Part shown: positions 1-6,776 of the stretch, in pieces | How positions within the stretch are numbered: the stretch's first letter is position 1 | Layout of the letters: each line of letters starts with the position of its first letter | From: a virus | Lineage: Duplodnaviria; Heunggongvirae; Uroviricota; Caudoviricetes | Length of the DNA stretch: 24,355 nt | Direction: 5' to 3' (one strand) | IMG/VR virus record: IMGVR_UViG_3300045049_000056 | Span: 64,001-88,355 of that record | The notes under the pieces: generated by a model | Database searches by the model: none | What the model was told of the DNA's origin: nothing | What the model saw: the letters and a program-made list of their open reading frames with translations, nothing else | Made by a program: the position numbers and the translations under genes

Positions 1-23
1 GTAATATTAATAAATTTACTCAT
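1..23 (-). CDS. 5' start of a gene running off the window (MSKFINI...)
   Basis: ATG at 23-21 preceded by GGAG SD-like; only 7 codons visible. Confidence 0.4.
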
Positions 24-104
24 TTTATCTCCGTAATAGATTAATAGATGTGGCTATCTGCGATTACGGCGCAGAAGGATAGCTAGTCCGTTCGCCACAA
101 AACT

Positions 105-144
105 TGAAACAACAAAAAGCCACACAGCATCCCTGCCGTGCAGC
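105..144 (-). terminator. Intrinsic terminator at the end of the tRNA transcript
   Basis: GCUGCACGGCA-GGGA-UGCUGUGUGGC: 11-bp stem with GNRA loop, then UUUUUGUUGUUU. Confidence 0.8.
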
Positions 145-331
145 CTCCTAAATTCGGTGTCACAGCGCCACGCAACCATGCCTGTGAGCTTTAGCAACCT
201 TGTAGCTGCCCTCTCCACTAACCCGCCTTAGCGGGGTATGCCCTGTCGGAGCAACGTCCATTAGAGCAAATTTATTACGTGTATTAGAGTCGCCCCACGG
301 TGGGCTTTTGACCTTCCGACAAAGATGCTGC
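124..331 (-). ncRNA. Structured RNA / candidate attenuator downstream of tRNA-Pro
   Basis: 15-bp long-range helix 317-331:124-138, alternative 10-bp helix 315-324:241-250, several internal hairpins; G-U pairs work only on the minus strand. Confidence 0.55.
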
Positions 332-417
332 AACCAGAAGATGTGAATTCGTGCCGTCTTTCCGGCTGTCAACCTGTGCAAGCAGGATTTGATCTTCAGG
401 TAGCGACCTTCAGACTC

Positions 418-495
418 TGGTCCGAGTACAAGGAGTCGAACCTTGGACCTCTTGCTCCCAAAGCAAGCGCTCTACACTGGCTGAGCTACACTCGG
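418..495 (-). tRNA. tRNA-Pro(UGG)
   Basis: Cloverleaf CCGAGTG..TACTCGG-A-CCA; anticodon arm CTTGC-TTTGGGA-GCAAG; T-loop GGTTCGACTCC. Confidence 0.95.
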
Positions 496-575
496 ATTGT
501 AAGTGCACTTTCTCGGCAAGAACGGACTCTATTGACCCGGTGCGGTTTACTCGTGCGTAGACGTAAAATACTTTC

Positions 576-647
576 TGCTGGATGTAGGACTCAAACCCAC
601 ATTGTCTTTATTACAAGTAAAGTGCCTAATCTTTCAGCCAATCCAGC
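576..647 (-). tRNA. tRNA-Thr(UGU), atypical, no encoded CCA
   Basis: Acceptor GCTGGAT/ATCCAGC; anticodon arm CTTTA-CTTGTAA-TAAAG; T-loop TTTGAGT. Confidence 0.8.
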
Positions 648-735
648 AGGAAATACTCTATTTCGCTTTTGTCGGCCTTCGACCACAGATAGCTTAGAAT
701 GAGGAGGGGCAATCAAGCTAAAGGGGAAGGCTCAC

Positions 736-759
736 AAAAACCGCCTCGTGAGAAGCGAT
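736..759 (-). terminator. Intrinsic terminator between the tRNA-like RNA and tRNA-Thr
   Basis: AUCGCUUC-UCAC-GAGGCGGU followed by UUUU. Confidence 0.65.
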
Positions 760-794
760 TGCCAATTCTGTAAGAGTTGAAGGCATACTCTATA

Positions 795-906
795 TGTTGG
801 GGCCAGTGTTGAACTCTGGCTTTACACCTATGCTTGTGATTCGAACGAGTACCCCCTCACAGGTGTCACCCTCGCCAGTGGCGCATCAACCTACGCATTC
901 CCAACA
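795..906 (-). ncRNA. 112-nt tRNA-shaped ncRNA
   Basis: 7-bp terminal stem UGUUGGG/CCCAACA enclosing four hairpins including a T-arm-like one; starts at the predicted TSS of the 913-941 promoter. Confidence 0.6.
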
Positions 907-912
907 AGACAA

Positions 913-941
913 ATGATACACGAACTTATTATTCTTGTCAA
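913..941 (-). promoter_or_regulatory. sigma70 promoter of the RNA cluster
   Basis: TTGACA-17-TATCAT with extended TG. Confidence 0.85.
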
Positions 942-1297
942 ATCTTATTTACGTTACCCATATCCACTTCCACGAATTCAGGGTTGATGTTGTCAAAATC
1001 CAACGCTGGAGTATCGTCATCGTCAGCCGTACTACCACGCCCGATAAGCCCATTAGCCTTGATATCAAGCAACATGGCCTTAATCTCATCTGCACGCTGA
1101 GCCTCCGCAGCGTCCATGTAGAACTTGATAAGTTTCTCTGCGGCAATCATCCGTACGCGCTCATCCTCGCTCGTAAGCCCTTGCTCCAACACTTCTACAG
1201 CTTTCGCACTAATCTTCTTAAGCTGTCTCACCATCTTGGCAAGCTCATGAGGCTTGCTGAACAGCGGCTTGGAGCTTGCTGGCACCAAATCACTCAT
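938..1297 (-). CDS. Phage protein, possibly terminase small subunit
   Basis: 119 aa, helical core AVEVLEQGLTSEDERVRMIAAEKL, acidic tail, GGAG SD, own promoter; the TerS function is inference only. Confidence 0.7.
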   Translation of the reverse strand: MSDLVPASSKPLFSKPHELAKMVRQLKKISAKAVEVLEQGLTSEDERVRMIAAEKLIKFYMDAAEAQRADEIKAMLLDIKANGLIGRGSTADDDDTPALDFDNINPEFVEVDMGNVNKI

Positions 1298-1327
1298 GTT
1301 ATGCTCCTTAAAATTCTTAATACGAGA

Positions 1328-1356
1328 ATGTTACTACGACACCACACTCTTGTCAA
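1328..1356 (-). promoter_or_regulatory. sigma70 promoter (leftward)
   Basis: TTGACA-17-TAACAT. Confidence 0.8.
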
Positions 1357-1370
1357 TTTTAAGAATGTTG

Positions 1371-1399
1371 TTGACAGCAGCAAACTCGTAAGCTAAGAT
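1371..1399 (+). promoter_or_regulatory. sigma70 promoter (rightward)
   Basis: TTGACA-17-TAAGAT. Confidence 0.85.
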
Positions 1400-1446
1400 T
1401 CAACTCATCAGCGCAAACGTTGCCTGAACCCAACAAAGGAGAAGAT

Positions 1447-1620
1447 ATGTTGCAAAATGTGAAGTGCTACTTCAGAGATAAAGGTAAGCTAGCTGTTATC
1501 AATGTTACCGAATGTCACGACTACAAGCATGCTATTTGGTCTGTTCGCAACCAGATTTTAGGAGAACGTGACGCATTTTTTGAAGTTAAGCAACCTGTAA
1601 TGGCCATCGTACAAAAATGA
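1447..1620 (+). CDS. Hypothetical protein (57 aa)
   Basis: AAGGAG SD before ATG 1447; ATGA overlap with next gene. Confidence 0.75.
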   Translation: MLQNVKCYFRDKGKLAVINVTECHDYKHAIWSVRNQILGERDAFFEVKQPVMAIVQK

Positions 1621-1787
1621 CTGAGATTGACAAAATGATTGACGAATACGAAGCACACGAACAGAATTACATCGACTTTGAAGACCTCCGTTTTGGAGAC
1701 ATCTATCTAGAAAATGAACGTGTTGCCCGTAAAGCTGAAACCAAACGTAAACAACGTAAGATGAAAAAGGAGAAGGATAATGACTGA
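1617..1787 (+). CDS. Hypothetical protein (56 aa, acidic N-terminus, basic C-terminus)
   Basis: Manually translated MTEIDKMIDEY...KKEKDND; coupled to both neighbours; absent from ORF track. Confidence 0.7.
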   Translation: MTEIDKMIDEYEAHEQNYIDFEDLRFGDIYLENERVARKAETKRKQRKMKKEKDND

Positions 1788-2151
1788 CGTTCAAGAAACC
1801 ATCACTCAAGAAGGTACGACCGAGTACAAGCAAATCACCTCTCCAAACTTCTTGGAAATCGTGTTTGAGATTGAGAAGCACGTCAACAACGGATGGGCGG
1901 TGTCTCAGGAAGCTTATCCTTTTGCTAATATTATGGGCCTGTACGAAGTCAATTTCTATAAGAATGCTAAGACGATTAACCTTGCAGCGGAACGTGTGCA
2001 AGCTGCTGTAGAAGGTAAGGGTGTCTGGACGAAGGATAAGAAAGTTGAGAACATGAACAAGGCTCGTGAGACTCGTATGGCGAATCTTGAAAAGAAAAAT
2101 CTGGAGAAGAAGAAAGCTGCGGAGGCTAAGAATGAAGGTCAAGTTTGCTAA
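1780..2151 (+). CDS. Hypothetical protein, Lys-rich C-terminus
   Basis: 123 aa ORF with AAGGA SD, in operon. Confidence 0.8.
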   Translation: MTDVQETITQEGTTEYKQITSPNFLEIVFEIEKHVNNGWAVSQEAYPFANIMGLYEVNFYKNAKTINLAAERVQAAVEGKGVWTKDKKVENMNKARETRMANLEKKNLEKKKAAEAKNEGQVC

Positions 2152-2347
2152 CACTGAGGTGCACATTAAAAAGCTTGTGCAAGGCGCTGTGGTCACGGAA
2201 TTTGAGGGTAAAGGTAAGGAACCATCGATCTATCATATTCACCGTTTCGAGTGTTTTAATGTGGAGGATAATTCTGTTGACTTGGTTATCGCAGATCAGT
2301 GGGGTAAATGGTCTAAAAACTCTGCAAATCTTATCTGGCCTATTTGA
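2132..2347 (+). CDS. Hypothetical protein (71 aa)
   Basis: GGAGG SD before ATG 2132. Confidence 0.75.
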   Translation: MKVKFANTEVHIKKLVQGAVVTEFEGKGKEPSIYHIHRFECFNVEDNSVDLVIADQWGKWSKNSANLIWPI

Positions 2348-2372
2348 CAGGGAACGTTGCTCATGCTAAATT
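2344..2372 (+). promoter_or_regulatory. sigma70 promoter for phoH
   Basis: TTGACA-17-TAAATT, followed by an 11-bp leader hairpin at 2375-2407. Confidence 0.75.
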
Positions 2373-2429
2373 ATGGGAATGTCTAGCTTCATCGTTGGGC
2401 ATTCCCATTAACTTTTTACGAGGATTCTT

Positions 2430-3176
2430 ATGCGCAAAACACATCGGGGACGCAACGCCCAACACCCCGCAGAGAAGGAAGAACGTGTTATCAAAGACAA
2501 GTTCAAGGAGCAACGCGCAGAAAAACTAGAAGCGAAGCCAATTTATCCGCTGAATGATCGTCAACGAGAGTATTTTGAAGCTATCCGCACAAAAGACCTT
2601 ATTGTAGCAACTGGCTATGCCGGGACATCGAAAACATTTGTAGCAACGTGCCTTGCAGCAGATGCATTTTACAAGGGCGAATGCCAACGCATTGTCCTTG
2701 CACGTCCTGCTGTGTCCAACTCGCAAAGCTTGGGCTTCTTTGCTGGCGATCTTAACCAAAAGATGTCTGTGTGGCTTATGCCTCTGCTATCCGTGCTGTA
2801 TCAACGCCTTGGGCGAGTTGTTGTTGATCTTGCAATCCAAGAGGGTAACATTGTTATGCAGCCTCTTGAGACGATCAAAGGTATGAGCTACGGAAAAGGC
2901 ACTTGGGTGATTGCTGACGAGGTGGAAGATTGCACGATTGAAGAAATCAAAAGTATTGCAACTCGTAACGGAGGTGCGAAGATGATTCTGTGTGGTGATG
3001 TGTGTCAATCTGCGCTTAAGAGCGATAGCGGGCTTGCAATCTTCGCTGACATTCTCTACAACTCGCGAGCACTACAAGAGCATGCCGCTCTGATTGAGTT
3101 TGATTCTTATGACCACATCGTGCGAGGCAAGCTGTGTAAGAATCTTATCGTAGAATTTGATAAAGCTGGATATTAA
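2430..3176 (+). CDS. phoH: PhoH-family ATPase
   Basis: GYAGTSKT Walker A-like, LARPAV, PLETIKGMSY, IADEVED, LCGDVCQS and DHIVRG motifs typical of PhoH. Confidence 0.92.
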   Translation: MRKTHRGRNAQHPAEKEERVIKDKFKEQRAEKLEAKPIYPLNDRQREYFEAIRTKDLIVATGYAGTSKTFVATCLAADAFYKGECQRIVLARPAVSNSQSLGFFAGDLNQKMSVWLMPLLSVLYQRLGRVVVDLAIQEGNIVMQPLETIKGMSYGKGTWVIADEVEDCTIEEIKSIATRNGGAKMILCGDVCQSALKSDSGLAIFADILYNSRALQEHAALIEFDSYDHIVRGKLCKNLIVEFDKAGY

Positions 3177-3186
3177 GGAGAACCCC

Positions 3187-3852
3187 ATGTCAGACCTGAT
3201 GAAACTCTTCAAACGTGATGTCGAGCCGTTTGAAGTGAAAGCTGTGCCACTCAATCAACTGTACCAATGCACTATCGATGACGATTTTACGGATGTTCGT
3301 CAGTTCGCACAGCTTGTTGACTATCTAAACAATGCACAAGAAGGTGATATCGCACATATCCGGCTGTCTACCAACGGCGGTGCACTCCATGCCATCATCC
3401 CAACCATTGAAGCTATGCGCAACACGGACGCTCACATTGCGATGCATGTGGAGAGTGACACGGCTTCTGCTGGCACGATTCTTATGATGCTTGCACATGA
3501 AGTGTATGTTAATCCGTACACCACAATTATGATTCATACAGCATCTTACGGGTTCTATGGTCACTCGGGCAACATGGACGCTAACGTTTCGCACAGCACG
3601 AAGGCGATTGAGCGCCTTGTCAACGAAGTGTATGCAGGCTTTCTTACCCCGAATGAGATTGCTCGCGTGCTGGATGGCAAGGAGTTCTACTTGACGGCAG
3701 AAGAAGCTATGGATCGCTTTGCCAAGCGTGACGATGCTATCAAGGCTGCACTTGCAGAGAAGATGAAGCCTCAGAAGAAGCCTCGTAAGCCTCGTAAAGA
3801 AAAGTCTCTTAAAGAGATTGTGGAAGAGTCTGGTATCAGCATTCCTCTGTAG
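3187..3852 (+). CDS. clpP: ClpP-like serine protease
   Basis: STNGG, ASAG (Ser), MIH (His) and EFYLTAEEA motifs; AAGGAG SD before ATG 3187. Confidence 0.85.
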   Translation: MSDLMKLFKRDVEPFEVKAVPLNQLYQCTIDDDFTDVRQFAQLVDYLNNAQEGDIAHIRLSTNGGALHAIIPTIEAMRNTDAHIAMHVESDTASAGTILMMLAHEVYVNPYTTIMIHTASYGFYGHSGNMDANVSHSTKAIERLVNEVYAGFLTPNEIARVLDGKEFYLTAEEAMDRFAKRDDAIKAALAEKMKPQKKPRKPRKEKSLKEIVEESGISIPL

Positions 3853-3859
3853 TATTTTC

Positions 3860-3885
3860 GCCTCTGCTTCGGCAGGGGCATTTTT
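3860..3885 (+). terminator. Intrinsic terminator
   Basis: GCCTCTGC-TTCG-GCAGGGGC-ATTTTT. Confidence 0.9.
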
Positions 3886-3900
3886 ATTTGTAGAAGTCGC

Positions 3901-3929
3901 TTGCATTGTTATGAATGTTGAGCTAGACT
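3901..3929 (+). promoter_or_regulatory. sigma70 promoter
   Basis: TTGCAT-17-TAGACT. Confidence 0.7.
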
Positions 3930-3980
3930 ACGTATGTAGGCTGAAATTATGAAGCTGTCAAAACAAATTTAGGAGGGGTT

Positions 3981-4199
3981 GTGAAAGCGTATATAATCAT
4001 TTGTGAATCTGCGATGAGTGGGAGAAAGACGGTTTGCACTGGTAGAGTGTGGAACTCTTTTTGGTCAGAAAGTTTTCCGTGCCAAGTCTTTGAAGATAAG
4101 AATGTGGCTGAAAGTGAGTTAATTAGGGTGGCACAGGGGGCCAACAAACATAAACAGCACAGTAAAGACAAATACTCTCTTGTAGAGGTAAATCTGTGA
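3981..4199 (+). CDS. Hypothetical protein
   Basis: GTG start with AGGAGG SD; overlaps next gene. Confidence 0.75.
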   Translation: MKAYIIICESAMSGRKTVCTGRVWNSFWSESFPCQVFEDKNVAESELIRVAQGANKHKQHSKDKYSLVEVNL

Positions 4200-4714
4200 A
4201 CTCCACATCCATCAGCCTTCTCAAAGGCGGCTTCTTCGATTATCAGAATCCCGAACGAAGCCAATACAGCATCGAGGACATTGCTCGTGGCTTGTCTCAC
4301 ACAGCACGCTTCTCAGGACAGACAGATCGCGTTTACACAGTTGCACAACATTGTGTCCTTGTCAGCAAGCTTGTCCCACAAGAGCATGCACTAGAAGGAC
4401 TCCTGCACGATGGTGTCGAAGCTTTCATGGCAGATGTGCCAAGCCCGCTAAAGCGTATGCTTCCCGGCTACATCGAGCTAGAGCAGCGTGCAGAAGCAGA
4501 CATGTGCAAGCGGTTTGGTATGAAGTTTCCCTTCCACCAAAGCATCAAAGAAGCTGACATTCGTGTGTTTCTTGCAGAACGTAGAGATATGCAACCTTGT
4601 GTGAAGGAAGTGTGTTACGAGGGCTATCAGCCATATCCCAACAGAATCATTGCATGGGACAGCCATATGTCGTATATTTACTTTATGAGAAGGTTTAAGG
4701 AGCTTACAAAATGA
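4196..4714 (+). CDS. HD-domain phosphohydrolase (YfbR/DatZ-like deoxynucleotidase)
   Basis: IEDIARGLS..RFSGQ..YTVAQHC..LLHDGVEAFMADVPSPLK..AD pattern. Confidence 0.88.
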   Translation: MNSTSISLLKGGFFDYQNPERSQYSIEDIARGLSHTARFSGQTDRVYTVAQHCVLVSKLVPQEHALEGLLHDGVEAFMADVPSPLKRMLPGYIELEQRAEADMCKRFGMKFPFHQSIKEADIRVFLAERRDMQPCVKEVCYEGYQPYPNRIIAWDSHMSYIYFMRRFKELTK

Positions 4715-4803
4715 AAATCTGTGATTTCTTTTATTGTATCATCATTGTTGCTGTTGCGCTCGCTGTAGCAATTGGTTTGCTGCCTGATATGGTGGATGTA
4801 TGA
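4711..4803 (+). CDS. Small membrane peptide (30 aa)
   Basis: MKICDFFYCIIIVAVALAVAIGLLPDMVDV; ATGA overlaps at both ends. Confidence 0.55.
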   Translation: MKICDFFYCIIIVAVALAVAIGLLPDMVDV

Positions 4804-5144
4804 TTTTTGTATTTGGAAGCAATCTGGCAGGCAGGCATGGTAAAGGTGCTGCACTGTTCGCACGACAGAATCATGGCGCTATCTATGGACAAGGTGTGGG
4901 TAGGCAAGGAAACAGTTACGCCATTCCGACTAAAGATCACAACATTCGTACATTGCCACTAGTTGAGATTGCACAGTATGTGGAAAAGTTCTTGCGGTAT
5001 GCAGCCCACTACAAAGAGCTTGAGTTTCAAGTTACACGTATCGGATGTGGGCTTGCAGGGTATAAAGATGAGCAGATTGCACCGATGTTCAAGAATGCTC
5101 CTGTAAACTGTCACTTGCCTGAAGAATGGAAGGAATATTTATGA
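4800..5144 (+). CDS. Macro-like (ADP-ribose-binding fold) phage protein
   Basis: IFVFGSN.AGRHGKGAA and TRIGCGLAGY motifs matching macrodomain loops. Confidence 0.75.
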   Translation: MIFVFGSNLAGRHGKGAALFARQNHGAIYGQGVGRQGNSYAIPTKDHNIRTLPLVEIAQYVEKFLRYAAHYKELEFQVTRIGCGLAGYKDEQIAPMFKNAPVNCHLPEEWKEYL

Positions 5145-5212
5145 ACATCTACACAATGGGCCTTATCATGGGGTATATGATTGGTGTGATTTTGATTGAA
5201 ATTTATTGTTGA
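5141..5212 (+). CDS. Small hydrophobic peptide (23 aa)
   Basis: MNIYTMGLIMGYMIGVILIEIYC; ATGA overlap with previous gene. Confidence 0.4.
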   Translation: MNIYTMGLIMGYMIGVILIEIYC

Positions 5213-5221
5213 GGAGAGAGC

Positions 5222-5491
5222 ATGGAAATTTCCGTATTGCAGAGTTTGATTGATCGCACGAGTAATGAGATTCGTGGATTTGAACTTGCTATCGAGTTTG
5301 AGAAAAATAGCCGTAAAGGTATCTACTCAGATTTTGAGCTAGAGCAGAGCTATTACACGGAAAAATGGTGCAAGGCTCGTATTCCTAAGCTTGTCAAGAT
5401 TCAGAAGGCGTTGAAGAAGGAGATTGCTACGAAGATCAAACTTCAACGAGGGATCAAAGCGATCACTGCCGCTGCGTTATACAGGAAATGA
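5222..5491 (+). CDS. Hypothetical protein
   Basis: 89 aa ORF, GAGGAG SD. Confidence 0.75.
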   Translation: MEISVLQSLIDRTSNEIRGFELAIEFEKNSRKGIYSDFELEQSYYTEKWCKARIPKLVKIQKALKKEIATKIKLQRGIKAITAAALYRK

Positions 5492-5495
5492 AAAA

Positions 5496-6050
5496 ATGCT
5501 AACAATCCTTGAACACACATCCAGCAGCTACGCCCCTCGCACATATGCTAACGCTGCAAAGGGAGATGTTACGATTGCTATTGCTGTAGACTACACCACA
5601 GCAGGGGAGAAGCTTACGCACAAAGCTGCTGGGGACAAATATCTTAAGCTTGATCCTAAATCAAGTTGGATTTTTACAGCAAGAGAGTTGTATTCGCACT
5701 TGGCAACTAGAAAACTCAATACACCTGTTATAAATGTTGCCGGAAATGGCATTTACACTCTCGCAAAGCACGGATGTGACCAAAAACATTGTAATCTATA
5801 CGTCTATAACATTCTTGCTAAAGTGCATGAACATTGGCCTATTGGAGAAATCGTCTCGGGAGGACAAACAGGTGTAGACCTAGCAGGAGGAGTTGCAGGG
5901 TATGTCCTTGGCATTCCTACAACAATGCTCCTTCCTAAAGGCTTCAAGCAGCGCTTTGAAGATGGAATTGACATTGTGCAGACGGAACAAAACGTAAGGG
6001 ATAGTGTGGCATTTTGGGCTTATAAACTTAGGAGGGAGATTGGATGTTGA
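5496..6050 (+). CDS. SLOG-superfamily (YpsA/cpYpsA-like) protein
   Basis: IVSGGQTGVD, INVAG and Y.PRT..NA..GD.T motifs; start taken at ATG 5496. Confidence 0.8.
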   Translation: MLTILEHTSSSYAPRTYANAAKGDVTIAIAVDYTTAGEKLTHKAAGDKYLKLDPKSSWIFTARELYSHLATRKLNTPVINVAGNGIYTLAKHGCDQKHCNLYVYNILAKVHEHWPIGEIVSGGQTGVDLAGGVAGYVLGIPTTMLLPKGFKQRFEDGIDIVQTEQNVRDSVAFWAYKLRREIGC

Positions 6051-6376
6051 GAATGTACGACGAAGTTTTCAAACTTATTACACTCAAGCGGGCAGGCATC
6101 AACGTACAAGTGCCTGAACATCTGCAACAAGAGTTTGATGAGCGATGGGCTGAGTGTGAGACTAATAGGGTAAAAACTGCTAAGTTAAATAAATTAATGA
6201 GCGACCCTCTTTCTGTAGAGACGTATAACATTGCGACTCTTCAGAGAGCACCCGCAGAATATGTTCTGTTTGAGGATTACAAACTTGTTGTAGAGCATTT
6301 GCAAGAGAAGCTTAGCAGGGCACAGAGTGAAGCTAGCGCAGGTAGGCATGATAGTTCAACTTCTTGGAGGGATTGA
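6044..6376 (+). CDS. Hypothetical protein
   Basis: 110 aa, GGAG SD, coupled. Confidence 0.75.
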   Translation: MLRMYDEVFKLITLKRAGINVQVPEHLQQEFDERWAECETNRVKTAKLNKLMSDPLSVETYNIATLQRAPAEYVLFEDYKLVVEHLQEKLSRAQSEASAGRHDSSTSWRD

Positions 6377-6576
6377 TGATTAAGCGACAATATATTGTAG
6401 ACTACGAAGTGTGGCAGAATGGTAAGAACACAGAATGGGGCACACAAACATTTTACACACAGAGTTGGTTTCCTGTGAATGTATCAGATATGTATAAAGA
6501 GTTTGTTAAAGAAGCGGCAGAGTATTCTGATTGCTCCACGGATCAAATTAGGATTGTGGGGGTGTTCAAGCTATGA
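6376..6576 (+). CDS. Hypothetical protein
   Basis: GGAGG SD, TGATG overlap. Confidence 0.75.
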   Translation: MIKRQYIVDYEVWQNGKNTEWGTQTFYTQSWFPVNVSDMYKEFVKEAAEYSDCSTDQIRIVGVFKL

Positions 6577-6776
6577 AAATGTCCGACTTACCCGTAAGCG
6601 TGAAGCATAAGACAAAGGCGTGCAAATGTAACGAGGATGTTGAAACAGACTACAAACAGCCATTGTCTAAGAAGAAACTAGACGCCGCTGAGAATAAACA
6701 CAATGAGGAAGTGAAGAAGCTTATGCGTGATAACTGGTGTATTCCTGTTGTGTTTGGAGGAATGGGGACGGTATGA
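6573..6776 (+). CDS. Hypothetical protein
   Basis: 67 aa, ATGA overlaps. Confidence 0.65.
   Translation: MKMSDLPVSVKHKTKACKCNEDVETDYKQPLSKKKLDAAENKHNEEVKKLMRDNWCIPVVFGGMGTV

Noticed and set aside
140-160. T-box-like AAUUUAGG on the minus strand just before the terminator
   Set aside because: It lacks the UGGN bulge needed to pair with tRNA NCCA, and no stem I specifier/AG-box is visible, so it is not a canonical T-box.
124-417. tmRNA, RNase P, 6S RNA or group I intron identity for the structured region
   Set aside because: No tRNA-like ends or tag ORF, no GAGGAAAGUCC, no single long 6S-type hairpin, and no P/Q/R/S intron motifs were found.
160-702. ORFs 160-381 (-) and 325-702 (+)
   Set aside because: They overlap tRNAs and structured RNA, have no SD, and have non-protein-like composition.
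2344-2529. 61-aa ORF starting at TTG
   Set aside because: The TTG is the -35 box of the phoH promoter, and the ORF runs through the leader hairpin and into phoH.
3187-3852. Glu in place of the catalytic Asp of ClpP, and a prohead protease call
   Set aside because: Glu at this position is common in phage ClpP-like proteins, and no portal or capsid neighbours support a prohead role.
935-3906. Long antisense ORFs 935-1396, 1558-2196 and 3325-3906
   Set aside because: They are mirror frames of better-supported genes and have no RBS.
4196-4714. DatZ of a Z-base (2-aminoadenine) pathway
   Set aside because: No PurZ or MazZ gene is in the window, and YfbR-like HD proteins are widespread in ordinary phages.
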